Below are positions 1-13,700 of a DNA stretch of 64,000 bases, in pieces. The DNA is from Squalus acanthias (lineage: Eukaryota): the NCBI GenBank assembly GCA_030390025.1, contig CM059432.1, positions 100,876,001 to 100,940,000 of the forward strand, read 5' to 3'. The position numbers were made by a program, and so were the translations under genes. Numbering within the stretch: the first letter of the stretch is position 1; every line of letters starts with the position of its first letter. The notes under the pieces were generated by a model, which saw only the letters and a list, made by a program, of their open reading frames with translations, made no database searches and was not told the DNA's origin.

Positions 1-932
1 TCCCCCTATAGCCCCCTGTTTGTCCAGTGTTGGGATATTCTTAGTGTCCTCTACTGTAAAGACTGATACAAAATATTCATTCAGTGTTTTTGCCATCTCC
101 ATATTTCCCACCATTAATTTCCCGGTCTCATCCTCTAAGGGACCAACATTTACTTTAGCCACCCTTTTTCTTTTTATATAACTATAAAAACTCTTACTAT
201 CTGTTTTTATATGTTTTGCTAATTTACTTTCATAATCTATCTTCCCTTTCTTAATCAATCTTTTTGTTATTTTTTGCTGCCTTTCAAAGTTTTCCCAATC
301 CTCTGTCCTCCCACTAGATTTCGCTACCTTATATGCCCTTGTTTTTAGTCGAATACTATCCTTAATTTCTTTACTTAGCCACGGATGACTGTCCTTTCTT
401 TTACACCCTTTTCTTTTCAGTGGAATATATATTTTTTGGAAGTTGTAAAATAACTCCTTGAATGTACACGACTGATCATGTGTCGTCTTACCCTTTAATC
501 TATTTTCCCAATCCACTCTGCTCAATTCCGCTCGCATACCTTCATAGTCTCCTTTATTCAAGCTTAGCACGCTTGTTTGAGATCCAACCTTCTCACCCTC
601 TAATTGAATATGGAATTCAACCATGTTATGGTCACTCATTCCAAGGGGATCCTTTACTAGGACATTTTTAATTAATCCTGTCTCGTTACACAGGACCAGA
701 TCTAAGGTTGCTTGCCCCCTGGTCGGTTCAGTTACATACTGCTCAAGAAACCCATCCCTAATACACTCAATGAACTCATCCTCAAGGCAGCCCTGCCCCA
801 TTTGATTTGTCCAATTAATATGATAGTTAAAATCCCCATAATTATAGATGTTCCCTTATTACATGCCTCAACTATTTCCTGATTGATACTCCGTCCAACA
901 GAGTTGCAACTGTTCGGAGGCCTATAGACTAC
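1..932 (-). mobile_element. CR1-type LINE ORF2 fragment (APE endonuclease region), runs off window start
   Basis: Minus-strand translation gives VVYRPPNS...GDFNYHINW...FLEQYVTEPTRGQATLDLVLCN...LGMSDHNMVEF, which are APE endonuclease motifs of CR1 ORF2; frameshifted. Confidence 0.9.
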
Positions 933-939
933 GTCATTA

Positions 940-1160
940 CGAACAACATTTATATCGCGCTTTTAAGGTAGAAAAACATCCCAGGAAAAATGGACGGTGA
1001 GCCAAATGAGGGCAGATTAGGGAGGAGGGAGGGTGGAATGACCAAAAGCTTGGTCAAAAAACTGAGTTTTAAGGAGGAGAGGGAGTTGGCCAGGCAGCGC
1101 AGTTTAGGGAAGGAATTCCAGGAGGTGGAACCAAGACAGATGGAAAGGTCACCAATACTG
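940..1160 (-). mobile_element. Degraded L2-like LINE 3' end
   Basis: Recognised tail-like motifs (catttatatcgcgc, tgaccaaaagcttggtcaaa, gggaaggaattccag); similar to the remnant at ~35000. Confidence 0.45.
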
Positions 1161-1342
1161 TAGTGAAAAGTCTTTTACTTGCATAAGGCATTCAAGTGCT
1201 ACTGGCACCCATTTACGTATACTCAGCACAATTGATCATCTTAAGGAAAGAAGCAGAAGAGAGAAAATTGGTAGGGTAGGGGAGAAGAGAGCACCAGGGG
1301 CAGTGGTGAAATTTAAAAAGAAAAGCTCATTTCCAATTAAAA

Positions 1343-1756
1343 GGGTACAGTAATGTACTGGTTATGTTACAGGACTAGTAATCCGGAGGCCTGGGCTAAT
1401 AATACAGAGAACCTGAATTCAAATCCCACGTTATCAGTTTGAGAATTCAGTTTTAAAATGTCTGGAGGAAAAAGCTGGTACTAGTAAAAGTGACCATGAA
1501 ACTGTTGGATTGTCGTAAAAGCCCAACTGGTTCACTAATGTCCTTCAGGGAAGGAAGCTTGCTGTCCTTGCCTGATCTGTCCTATATGTAACACCAGACC
1601 CACATCAACATGATTAACATTTAACTGCCTATCAAGCCACTCAGTCGTATCAAACAGCTTCAAGAAGAAGACCCACTATGACCTTCGCAGGGCAACTAGG
1701 GATGGGAAATAAATGCCGGCTTGACTTGCCAGCAATGCCCACATCCTGACAATGAA
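1343..1756 (+). mobile_element. tRNA-type SINE with a LINE-derived 3' tail
   Basis: Head has a B-box-like gaattcaaatccc. The 3' ~100 nt (cttcaagaag...gggcaactagggatgggaaataaatgcc...cccacatcc...aatgaa) match the tail of the adjacent LINE at 1769-1856. Confidence 0.75.
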
Positions 1757-1768
1757 ATTTTGTTTTAT

Positions 1769-3665
1769 ATTCATTCCTGGGGTGTGGGCGTCGCTGGCAT
1801 TTATTGCCCATCCCTAATTGCCCTTGAGAAGGTGGTGGTGAGCCGCCTTCTTGAACCTCTGCAGTCCATGTGGTGAAGGTACTCCCACAGTGCTGTTAGG
1901 GAGGGAGTTCCAGGATTTTGACCCAGCGACAATAAAGGAACGGCGATATATTTCCAAGTCAGGATGGTGTGTGACTTGGAGGGGAACTTGCAGGTGGTGG
2001 TGTTCCCAAGTGCCTGCTGCCCTTGTTGTTCTAGGTGGTCGACGTCGCAGGTTTGGGAGGTGCTGTCGAAGAAGCCTTGGCGAGTTGCTGCAGTGCATCT
2101 TGTAGATGGTGCACACTGCAGCCACGGTACGCCGGTGGTGGAGGGAGTGAATGTTTAAGGTGGTGGATGGGGTGCCAATCAAGCGGGCTGCTTTGTCCTG
2201 GATGGTGTCGAGTGACTTGAGTGTTGTTGGAGCTGCACTCATCCAGGCAAGTGGAGAGTATTCCATCGCATTCCTGACTTGTGCCTTGTAGATGGTGGAA
2301 AGGCTTTCGGGAGTCTGGAGGGGAGACACTCACCGCAGAATACCTAGCCTCTGACCTGCTCTTGTAGCCACAGTATTTATGTGGCTGGTCCAGTTAAGTT
2401 TCTGGTCAACGGTGACGCTCAGGATGTTGATGGTGGGGGATTCGGCGATGGTAATGCCGTTGAATGTCAAGGGGCGGTGGTTAGACTCTTGCTTGTTGGA
2501 GACAGTCATTGTCAGGCACTTGTGTGGCGTGAATGTTACTTGCCACTTATCAGCCCAAGCCTGAATGTTTTCCAGGTCTTGCTGCATGCGGGCATGGACT
2601 GCTTCATTATCTGGGGAGTTGTGAATGGATCTGAATACTGTGCAATCATCAGCGAACATCCCCACTTCTGACACTATGATGGAGGGAAGGTCATTGATGA
2701 AGCAGCTGAAGATGGTTATGCCTAGGACACTGCCCAGAGGAACTCCTGCAGCGATGTCCTGGGGCTGAGATGATTGACCTTCAACAACCACAACCATCTT
2801 CCTTTGTGCTAGATATGACTCTAGCCAGTGGAGCGTTTTCCCCCCGATTCCCATTGAATTCAATTTTACTAGGGCTCCTTGATGCCACACTCGGTCAAAT
2901 GCTGCCTTGATGTCAAGGGCAGTCACTCTGACCTCACCTCTGGAATTCAGCTCTTTTGTCAATGTTTGGACCAAGGCTGTAATGAGGTCTGGAGCTGAGT
3001 AATCCTGGTGGAACCCAAACTGAGCATCAGTGAGCAGGTTATTGGTGAGTAAGTGCAGCTTGATAGCACTGTCGAATATACCTTGCATCACTTTGCTGAT
3101 GATTGAGAGTGGACTGATAAGGCGGTAATTGGCCGGATTGGATTTGTCCTGCTTTTTGTGGACAGGACATACCTGGGCAAATTTCCACATTGTTGGGTAG
3201 ATGCCAGTGTTGTAGCTGTACTGGAGCAGCTTGGCTAGAGGCGCAGCTAGTTCTCAAGTGCAAGTCTTTAGCACGACAGCCAGGATGTTGTTCGGGCCCA
3301 TAACCTTTGCTGTATCCAGTGCGCTCAGCCATTTCTTGATATCACGTGGAATGAATCAAATTGGCTCAAGACTGGATTCTGTGATGGTTGGGAGGTCAGG
3401 AGTAGGCCGATATGGATCATCCACTCAGAACTTCTGGCTGAAGAGGGTTGCAAACGCTTCAGCCTTGTCTTTTGCACTTGCGTGCTGGGCTCCGCCATCA
3501 TTGAGGATGGGGATATTCATGGAGCCTCTTCCTCCTGTTAGTTGTTTAATTGTCCACCACCATTCACGACTGGATGTGGCAGGACTGCAGAGCTTTGATC
3601 TGATCCGTTGATTGTCGGATCGCTTAGCTCTGTTTATAGTGCTATGCTGTGTCGTGCTATGTTTA
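1769..3665 (-). mobile_element. 5'-truncated CR1-clade LINE with RT domain and 3' tail
   Basis: ORF 2330-3190 contains NYRLISPLS, QFGF, LDIKAAFDRVWH, GVPLGSVLG, FADD. ORF 1814-2329 continues in the same frame after one TGA (probable CGA>TGA decay) and ends SWNSLP...FKKAAHHHLLKGN. Confidence 0.95.
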
Positions 3666-3765
3666 GCTTATTTGTGCACATTACAACATTTCATATGATA
3701 TCATTTTCAGTGAAGGTTTTCAAAAAATTAGTGCAAAGCAAATATCACAAAGAAGAAATTAACTA

Positions 3766-4218
3766 ACCCGGTGGGGGGGGCGCATGTGTGGAGGCAGGGA
3801 CGGTCCGATCCCCCGGTGGGGCGGGGGGCGGGTCTGATCCCCGACCCTGGGGAGGGCCAGGCTGATGGTGGGGGGAACAGGGGAGCCCTGGTGACTGCTC
3901 CTCCCAGCCCACAAGCATTGCTCACCGAGGCTGAGGCCGCCTTGTTGCAGCCACCAGGAATCCTGAGCCCCGGGATCCCCGGCCGCCTGCAGTAAAACCT
4001 GCAGAGCAGGTTAAAGTAGAAGCATCAGGCCTTATTATAACATGTAAATTGCCAACCCGCCTCTTGGCAGCAGATTGGCTGCCCGACCCCGTCCCGCCTG
4101 AGTGAAAGGTGAAAGTGGGCGGATTGGAGGTGGGTTGGAGTCGGGATTCACATTCTTTCAACTTTCACTTCCCCCCACGCCTCCAACCCACCCGTTCTTA
4201 CCTCTGAAAATTCCGGCC
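3766..4218. mobile_element. GC-rich fragment of a non-autonomous Harbinger-like element (right end only)
   Basis: Ends in gaaaattccggcc, resembling the GGSSNNRAATT termini of other elements in the window; left end not found. Confidence 0.5.
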
Positions 4219-5791
4219 ATTGTGTTATCCATCGAATTCTAGAAACTTTTGTTAAAAATTATCAATCTACACACTCTAAATCAGTCCAAGGTGACCAATA
4301 TCAAAGAGAAAAAGGTCTATTTTAGCCTAAAGCTAAATGAAGAATACTTTACATAACCTCAGTGTGAAAGTGTAATTTAGATATTTTCTGGTTAAAGCAT
4401 TAATCAGTACTGCTGGTCTCAGCATTCCTATTCTTTCTCATCAGAATATATGTATGCTACTGTCTGAGTGTGTGTGAGTGAGTGAGTGTGTGTTGGGGGG
4501 AAACTGCTGTAAAACCCTGAGGTTTTAAGGTTCTGATACATCACTCTTAACAAATGCCTGAGTCCTTCATATTCAAGGTGCTACGCATATTCTTATGCTA
4601 GATATACTTCATCTAAAATAGTATTCGTAATTGTTTCTCTGAGAAAAAAGTTACCCATTTGGCATTTGAGAAGCTTTTAACTTACATACCCAGTAACCAA
4701 GCTCCAGTAATAACATCCACAGCCATGTAAAACGTTAAACACTCAAGAGCTGGATATTTACCTCATGCTTCAATATACAGTGAAGGATACTTTTTTCTCA
4801 TCTTGTTTTTCTACAGCACACAGAGCGTATTGCAATAGAATTTAGGATATAGTACCAAATATAAATGATGCTTCAAAATAATTTGTCCCTGGCTTACCAT
4901 TTATGATTTTAATCACATGGCAGTTGTTATTTTGAGCCTGAACTTGCTAGTTACAGTGAGATTCAGTAGAAAAACAACATTTAAATACTTAATGCTACAA
5001 TAATCTTATTTTGCAAATGATGAAAGCTAATTCTGTTTCCTAATCACCGTGAGTGAGCAGTTAAAGAATGTGATTTGTGTAAGTGTCTTGATTGCACTCC
5101 TATTTATATAATTTATTTTCAGCACATGATTATATGAAAAATTGTTTCTTCACAATCTTAATGATTTTTTCACTACCCAAAGTAATTTGCTGTGTCAGTT
5201 CATAATATTGACGAAAAACGAATTGCATTTCTGACATTACATTAAGCATGCAGAATAGCAGATCATAAAATATTGCCTCATGCATAAAAGCAATTTGCTG
5301 ATATTAAAGTAAAAAACAAATTTCTTTAACAGATGGCAGCAGTTTATAAACACAGAGTCTATGTTGAAAACTGCAAGGGATTATAATTTAAAAAATCCAA
5401 ACAAACAGATTTGGATCCTGATCCATTGGAATTAAGAAATCAATAATAATTCTAACACTGTCTTTCAAAACTCAATCCAGATAACTCCCTTTGTTGGTAG
5501 AGGCAACAGTTTAATTGTATTCCATATACAACAGCTTCTTTGAGATAGTCTGAGACTTGCATTTTTTATTTCAATTTGTTAACATGGCTAAGAACTTGCA
5601 AATAGCTGCTGATTCATATTCAGTCTACGCATTTCATAGGTATTCATAAACGCTCATAGAGAACAAGATATACAAATTAATTTAATGCAATGGTGCAAAT
5701 GTATCGAGAGACTGCAGAAGTACAATGAAAAGAAATCAGAGATTTAGCGATCTCAGCAAAAATGGAGCCAGGATTGCTGTGTTACCAGGAT

Positions 5792-6205
5792 CTAACATGT
5801 AAACGAACATATGAACAATGATGGAAGGTAAAAACCCTCTGGTCCATCCAGCCTGTCTAACACAATAGTGATACTTTGTGTATCACAATATATACACTCT
5901 CCACCCCACCCAAAACCATGTGATCTCTTGGGAGAGACAAAAAAATAGATTAAAAACGCAGGCCAGTTTGGGGGAAAAAGAAATCTGGAAAATTCCTCTC
6001 CGGCCCATCTAGGTGATCGCAACTAGTCCACCAGGAGATCACACTGGCCCTGAATTCCCTGAAGTACCTACCTTTTGTAAGAGGTGATCTCCGCCCCATC
6101 CAGAAACAGGTCCAGCTCTCACTTGAAGGAATTCAGCGAATTGGCGTCCACCGCACAAGACAGCAGTCTGATCCACTATTCTCTGGAAAAATAACCACCT
6201 CTTTG
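5792..6205 (-). mobile_element. CR1-type LINE 3' end with long 3' UTR
   Basis: ORF2 C-terminus remnant (RWLFFQRIVD...AVDANSLNSFK.ELDLFL) followed by a UTR and a short-repeat tail (ttcatatgttcgtttacatgtt). Confidence 0.7.
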
Positions 6206-6299
6206 CGAAGAGAAAAACTGACCTTGCTGGATTCCTTAAGGACAGCTCAATATAATTATTTGATTGCGCACCCAAGCATGTTTTTCACGAACACACAAA

Positions 6300-8900
6300 G
6301 CACAATGAATGGAATGGGCTAGGGAATCATGGAAGCAGCGCAGCTGCAGCTCTCAAAGAGCTGTTGCTCCATTTTAATACAGCTGTTCATTTTGGCTCCA
6401 CTGATGAGCAGCGATGGAAGGTCAGCAAGGGAACATGGGCTGAACTGATCCCCTCGCTAATGATAGTTTGCTAAAAGCTGTACGTTGTATGTATTTAAAG
6501 GAAACGGCTGCACACAATTGTACAGACAAACTAGACTCGTGGTTGACCGACCAACAGTTGAATTCTGAATCAGCACAAGGAGGTAGGCTCTCGAAATTAT
6601 AGGTGTCACGGCAGTAGAATGTGTGCACCGGCAAGGTGTGGCAACTGCACAACAAAGCAAGTATTCCCCAACTTCTTCCTCCCTCTTTAAATTCATTCAC
6701 TGACACATTGGCACATCTGTCCTCTGTCAGCATGGCACTGGGACTCAGCACCTAACTACTTCATGCAACTACTATGGTAACACATGTTCCTTTACTCCTT
6801 GTATAAGGACCTCTCAAGGAGACATACCTGTCAGCAAAGATGAGCAGGAAGCCAGGCCATCTCACGAGGATCCATCAAACCCTTTTGAGCACACATGCAC
6901 CAGCTCAGATACAGCCACTTGCTACAGATAATTTTGGATACTTCATTAATGCTGTAGATCCATACCCAACCTAATCTTTCCAAGTACTGAAAGCTCTGTT
7001 TGAGCATGCCAATAGTATGTTCCCCCAGAATTCAAGTATAGACATGAACTTCATTGTATCTGTGTTCCACCTCTGATAGGTGTTTCTCAATATGGTCATT
7101 AGCTAGGGCTGCAGTGGATATGCTTGGTCCCCCAGCTATTCAGTGTTCTTTCAAATTCTAATGACTAGGAAAACAAGGAGAAAATTAAGGTATCATGGTT
7201 GTTCTCAGGGAATTGTACATTTACTTGCATCATTCCATTCCTGTGGTCCAATACCAGAACTCATTCGTGGAAAGAAAGTTGTTCCTATTCATATATGCAC
7301 TAGGACTGTTGATAGGGGCCGAAAGGCCACATCTGTGCACTTTCATGCTGTTGCCTCTATCCACAGGAAAAGTGAATGAAAGGGTTTCCCTTGGCCAAAA
7401 GACTTTCACTGTTTTATGCATCGACGGACAGAATACTGATTAATGTGGCAAATGTCACTGGAGAGAGCTTGGAAGGATCTGGTCACTTTTCTCAGCCACC
7501 AGCATGGCTGTGGATGATCTCATTTTTCAAGTTGGCTTCAAGGAGACAGCTGGGCCTCAATATTAACCCACCCATGACGGGTAGGAGAGGGGTTAAAGAC
7601 TTAAATACGAGAATGCGTCCCAACACGCAATACACGTGCCTGACACCTTTTTTACAGCAGCATATATCGGAGCGTCCAAGTGTCCCACCATGAGAGGCGG
7701 GATACACCATTAACATATTTAAATCGGGCTTCCACAGTGCATTTGGGAGCCCAATGTAAAATTCACTTCTGCTGCATGGGTTTCTCATGTGTTGGGGAGC
7801 CCGGCAGTGAAAGGGAGGTGGGAGCTGCCTGCTCCACAAAGTAAGTGCCTTTGTCAGCACTCCTTGTGTGCCAGGAGGAGCAGGAGTGCTCCCTCCAGCC
7901 CCTCAAGGAAGACTTCAACCTTCCCCCACCTCCTCCCAATCGCCAACCTCTCTCCCCACCCCTCCCAGCCCCAATCACCAACCACACTTCCCTCCTCCAC
8001 ATCACGACCACTCTCACAGCACCGATCGCCAACCTGCCCCCTCCCGATTGCCAGGGTCCGTCCCCAAGGGTCCGCAGCTGCAACCTCCTGCCGCTGGTTT
8101 TCCCTCCCAGTCGGTGGCCAGGCTATCAATTTGGCTGGCTGCCGGGCGAGAAATGGAGCACAAACATTATATTCTGGTCCTGCCATTATGTTCGGCAGGA
8201 CCTCCGTGTCCCCGGCCTTGCTGGGTTCTTTGGCCGTTTTCAGCCTCCCCCACACCATTCCTGCCTCCCCATAAATATCGGGCCCATAATTCTGCAACAG
8301 CCTCACCCATGAAATGCAGTTGGTATGGGCAGGACTGCTCAACATCCCCAAGTAGGTTTGTGAGATGAGCCTCAGTAGGTGCCAGACACTTGGGGTGCAA
8401 TTGCACCTGTCTTCCTTCCCCCTACATGAACTCATCTTCCTCCTCCAAAATCATCACTGCCATTGGGACGCTTAGTGGAATTTCTATGCTAAACATTGTG
8501 GTGCTGCTGATGAAGTAGCTGCTATCAGCAACATTGCTGTGGGAAAACATACTTGCAAAAAGTAGCCTTATAATATAAAAATGCAGCAGCAAACACTCGC
8601 AGCAAGTTATGCGCCAAAGATAATGCAGATACGAAAAGGACACGAAAGAGAACTATAAAAACAAAACCACTCCTTTAAGAATCAAACTCCTAAAGGTCAG
8701 AGCAGGAAATCCCAGCAGTGCCCATTTTAAATGGGCAAGCAGTGACAAAAGAGTGAGCAGATGAAAAAGATTGCTTATGTCTGGCATGAGATCAATTTAT
8801 GTATGATTGACTAAAATTAAGAAGCATATTAAGGTTCATATACACTCTGTGTGAGGCCTCCAAGAACTTAAAAATGTTTTGAATTTGGCACCTCTTGAAT
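6300..8900. mobile_element. Old degraded Harbinger element (Myb-like gene remnants on +, transposase N-terminus on -), split by a MITE
   Basis: Minus strand 8460-7440, joined across the MITE, reads QLHFMGEAVAEL-CLLEANL...VAEK...RSFQALSSDICHI, resembling the Harbinger transposase N-terminus. The plus strand has the caccagctcagatac motif shared with Myb exon 3 of the other copies. Boundaries approximate. Confidence 0.55.
7552..8285. mobile_element. Harbinger-type MITE inserted into the old transposase gene
   Basis: Imperfect termini gggcctcaatatt / aatatcgggccc; the flanks rejoin into continuous transposase-like sequence; TSD not clean. Confidence 0.6.
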
Positions 8901-10729
8901 CAGATGGTTGGGCCTAATTGCCAAATTCAGTGAAGCAATCCCCTGGAAAGCTAGTGTGTGCTCAATGCACCCTCATGTACTTTGCATATGGCACGGTTTT
9001 ATGGCTCCTCTGCCAATGAGACATCTTGGTTCAGCGAGAGTGTACAATATCTGTTAGGTTTGTGGTCTGGCAGCAGAAGGAATGTGCAACCTGTGCAAAT
9101 CTCAATAAGCAAGTCTGTGTAATCACCTGTATCAACTCTCACGAGGTGATGCAGAAGCAGGCAACTGCAGGGATGCTTTCTGGGTCAGCTAAGAAGAACA
9201 CCCATCAAAGTGACAGCAATCAGCAGAGCATGCATCTCAAGTTTCAGAGTCCAAGCTCACAAGGAGTGTAGTGAACGGAAGGGTACCAAATCCTCTGGGC
9301 TGTCTGATCTGTGATGTCCTCAGACAGTGGTGGCCTTGTCTGTTGGAAATTGGCAGCTGTTTATGTACATAGATCATAAATTTATATTACTCTGCAAAAA
9401 TATTCATAACTTTCAAACCAACCTCTCATCTTTTGCCATTGTCGACCTTCTTGACAATTGAAATACTAGCTATCTGAATTATTTTTAAAGGACTAAGTAG
9501 TGAATAAGGCTCTAGCTATCCCTGGCTATAATTTCTTTCAACAGAACTATGGCACAGATGGTGAGTGAGTTACCCTTTTTTTCCCAAATGCAGTTTAGAA
9601 TGACGGTGGGCTACATTTGGAAACAAGTACCTTCAAAGCAGTGTTCTTCAAGTAGCGGGAGGCCTTTTGGCAACAGTTTACCACTGACCATCTGCCAATG
9701 ATTCCATTGTTTGCCTAAAAATTCAATCAGCTATCCCTAGCTGCTCCATTTTACTGATTAGCAATTTCAACTGCTTCCATCAAGACTGCATCAGAAGCAA
9801 AAAGCAGACCATCACGGATATACTGTGTTCTCCTTTATAGCCACTAACAGGCTTAACCGACATGATTACTTTCCAATGAAAGCTAATGTCTAATTAGATC
9901 TCACATTGACCAACTTCCCTAATCACTTAAAAGCACTCAACAAGCGGGAATTGGCACCACTGACGACAATCTGTTCTGCAGCCAAGTGCCCTTTTGTTAG
10001 TAATTTGGAAGGAATACCAAGTACAAGATTTGACTGTATAACAAGGCTAATTGGAATGGGTTCAAGCAGGGAGACACAGACTGACTCCCATCTACCAGTC
10101 AAAATATCTAAGCTTCATCTGGTCTCAGAGCAAGCAGGCCATATATCTTATGCTTCACAGCACAACCGCTTACCCAGCATAGAGTCCCAACTTACTGAGA
10201 AAATTACTGCAGCATAAGCAAAAGTATGCAAATACTTTGGTAGATTAGAAAGATCACATAGCATTTTCTCATTTGAGAATTAGGACACTTCCCAATCAAA
10301 AGTATTTGTGGAAATTCACCACTATACTATTCTTTCATCATAATTTTATTTGACAGGATCAAAAATATTCCTTGGGCTAGAAATTTCTTAGAGCCAAGGA
10401 ATGGGCAGTGTTTAGACTAAAAATGGTTAAGTAGCACCAGGTGAAAATCGTCTAGACTGCACGCAAAATTCGTCCTCACTCCTCATTAAAATGATTGCAG
10501 TCATGATTCTAGTCTAAAAACCCAAGTTCATTGGCGTTACACTGAAAAGATGGACCAATATCGGGTGTAGTCTAAACTCAAGTAATGATTGCCACCGACT
10601 TTTTTCACTACTTAAAGGGGAGTTTCATTGATGCTGCAGCAACTCATTCTCAGCATTATTGGGTGTGCAGCTGCCTCTACAACCATAAGAAGAAGGAGAA
10701 GGAGAAGAAGCACTTATTTACAAATGCTG

Positions 10730-10939
10730 ATGGCAGATCGCCGTCCCAGGGAGAGAGCCCGGAGGTTTTCGGATGAAGCTTTGGAGGCACTGGTTTTAGC
10801 GGTGGAGAGAAGGCGGGTGGTTCTCTACCCGTCAACTGGCAGGAGGCCAGACTATGTGGAGGGAGGTGGCACACCACATCACGGGCAGCACCACATCCAG
10901 TGCAGGAAGAAGTTTAACAAGCACACACAGGTGGTCGGG
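10730..10939 (+). pseudogene. Harbinger Myb/SANT-like DNA-binding protein, exon 1 (internally deleted)
   Basis: MADRRPRERARRFSDEALEALVLAVERRRVVLYP...IQCRKKFN followed by a GTGAGT donor at 10940. Confidence 0.8.
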
Positions 10940-11274
10940 GTGAGTGAAGGCTTCAACAAACGTTACATACCACCATCTGTACCACAAGCGTCACACATTG
11001 CTCAATGCATCACACCCCCAGCACTCACCCACCAACAATCTCTACCTACCAACACTCACACCTTGCACACAATGACAGCTATTCAACTGTGGCAGGCACA
11101 AGGGTCATTAGTAATTAGAATTCATGTGATATGTGCGATATGTTTATAGGTAAACTTATTAATTGTGTTTGGAATATTTTGTGGTCTCTCTCATTTCACC
11201 TTTGCAACCAGGAGGACGCTGTGATATGATGGTATGATGGGGCTGTGGTAAGCAACGGGGATCTGGGGTTTCAG

Positions 11275-11845
11275 TCATGCGAATCGGAGTCTGATGAGCC
11301 GGTCACAGACAGCCCGTCCGGAAGGCCAATTGTCTTGCTGCCTCCTCCCTCCCTCCTGTTCCTCCTCGTCCTTCTCCTCCTCGTCCTCCTCCTCATCCGC
11401 CTCCTGAGGTGGTCCTACAATCCCACTGAAAAGTGCTGCGCCCTCATGATGGCCAAGCTGTGGAGCATGCAGCAGACCACCACGAAATGGCACACCCGCT
11501 CTGGCGAGTACTGGAGGGCTCCTCCCGAGCGGTCAAGGCAACAGAGCCGTTGCTTCAATAAGCTAATGGTCTGCTCAATGATGTTCCTGGTGACAGCATG
11601 GCTTTCATTATATGAGTGCTGGGCACAAGTGTTGAGGTTGCGGAGGGGAGTCATGAGCCAGGTGGAAAGCGGATAGCCCTGGTCTCCGAGCAGCCACCCT
11701 CGAGAGCTTGATGTGGTGACTGGAAGAGTGCTGGCACATTAGTCTGGCGCAGGATGAAAGCATCGTGGCTGCTGCCAGGATAGCGGGCATTGATATTGAG
11801 GATTCGCTGTCCGTGGTCGCACACCAACTGCACATTAAGTGAGTG
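11275..11845 (-). pseudogene. Harbinger (HARBI1-like) DDE transposase, C-terminal half
   Basis: SLNVQLVCD...ARYPGSSHDAFIL; GWLLGDQGYP..WLMTP; YNESH..TRNIIEQTISLLKQR; VVVCCMLH; acidic tail. Frameshifted, N-terminal half missing. Confidence 0.9.
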
Positions 11846-12839
11846 AGTGATTTTTAGCAAGTGTTGTACTTTGAAGCCTTTCAAAAATAATGAGGGAGTT
11901 TTGCATTTGCCAGAACACTCCCTGATACCAAAGAACCTTGAAATGACTAAGGAAAACTCTTGCAGTAGCAGGAAGTAGCACACAGCCACTCAAACTGCAA
12001 AACACTGACAGGTGCGAGTGATTGGTGAGGATCCCTTTAAATATCGTCACTGGAGCCGGCTTCCTGCTGCTGCATGCCTCCTGAAGCTGTCGTTGCTTTC
12101 TCCAGCTGGTAAGTAACTTGACTAAAATGAAGTTGGGAGATTGGGCGTCCAGTGAGCGTTGCACACTCACTGACGTCATGATCTCCATCATGGTGAGCTC
12201 CCTGGCGATCGAAGTTACCAGCAGTGCTACCGGCACCACCGATATGGCGTGCGGTGCTGGAACCACCATCAGCTGTCATTACAGCTGTCAACGGCACTTT
12301 AGCGTCATCTCCTGGGTTGTGTCCGAAGAATTTCTCCCCCCTTTTATCACTAACTGAATATTGCACTTCCAATGTTCCCCAATGGGGGAAGTACAGTGCA
12401 TACAATATCAAATAACACTCACAAATATATAGGGCCTAGGAGGTATGAATTTGGGGTGTAAGTCAGATATGCCAAAGTTACACTCATTCTAAAACATATA
12501 TTAAATTCCAGTGGCACTCAGTATTGGCAGAAGATTCATCTGCTCACAAAGTGGTGCATGCAAGTAAATAACAGAAGGATGAGCGAAAAAAATATACTGT
12601 TGCAAACATTCTGCCATTTATGCCAGAATTGCATCTAGTTTAACTTAAGCCTGTAGAAAAGCGGGGTTAGTTATCCATATGACTTGTCAAACCAGAAAGT
12701 GGGTGAGTTCACAGCCTTTAACTTTGATTGAAGAGTCCTTTTTCAGTTGTGTTCTGAAAAGGAATTCTGCAAATTGCCTTTCAGCAATTTTAGAAAAGGA
12801 ATTGGTTTTGTTCCCACCCTTCTGTCATAGAACTCTTAC

Positions 12840-13700
12840 TATGGAGTTCACTATGGCTATTCCAATCTATGCCCTACCATGGAGACAGAACTGGAGCTGG
12901 AGGAAGAGGATTTGAGAGGCACTCAAGATAAGATTACAGCAAAGGATAAGACCAACTAAGAGGTATTTTTCCATCAATGAATACAAACTGCACAGCTCCC
13001 TCAATGACATATCCAAAGCAATCTGCTAATGAGGGTAACAGTTCATTAAGGAGGCAAAGAAGGAACTGTATGTATCATTGCAAACTTATCTCCAAATATC
13101 CTCCAGGAAGCATTGCACTTTGTCAGATGCTTCTCAAATATTAACCTGAGGATGATACTAGAATCCACCGTGACCCTTGTCATCTCCTCAGTGTCCCCAT
13201 TTTGGTGTGATGCATCCTTCTTTTTAGAGTAGGACCCTAGAAAATTGAGTCTGCCTGCTCTCGAGTCAGGTGCTGATTCCTGTGGAGCCTCCTCTGTCAG
13301 ATCCCATTTTTAGTTCGAACTGCTCTAACACTTGAGTGTTCAAGTGTTTCACAAGTGAAAACCCCTCATTCGAACTATCTACATCCTCGGGTGGATTCTC
13401 TGGACAGGTGAGTGAGAGAGAAAGGGGGAGTGATGGCATTGGTGAGGATGTGATTGGTTAGGGAAGGTAGAAGGCCGCTCACCAGGTTTTGTATTCTGCT
13501 GCTGCACCAGGCCTCTGCCTCTCCTCCAGCTATTTTCCATCCTCCCCTGCCAGCCTTCATGGATCACTTAGTATCCAACTCCCACAGTGTATCTGAGGCA
13601 TTGCAGGCTGGATTTACAGAGTTTGCACACCTCATCATATTTAAATTCTCTCACCCTGCCATTTATGGAACGTTCAGCACAATAGCACTGCCCCTCCTCA
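12840..13700. mobile_element. Possible very old Harbinger remnant (opposite orientation)
   Basis: Acidic METELELEEED start on + resembles the transposase N-termini of other copies; weak Myb-exon-like motifs on -. Confidence 0.3.

Larger units (their letters stand above)
10374..12340. mobile_element. Internally deleted PIF/Harbinger transposon
   Basis: TIRs GGGCTAGAAATT / GGGGGAGAAATT (10/12 match); CTT on both flanks (10371-73, 12341-43); convergent Myb/SANT and transposase remnants inside. Confidence 0.9.

Noticed and set aside
7763..8435. Several overlapping 100-190 aa ORFs
   Set aside because: Low-complexity GC-rich MITE interior; stop-poor by composition.
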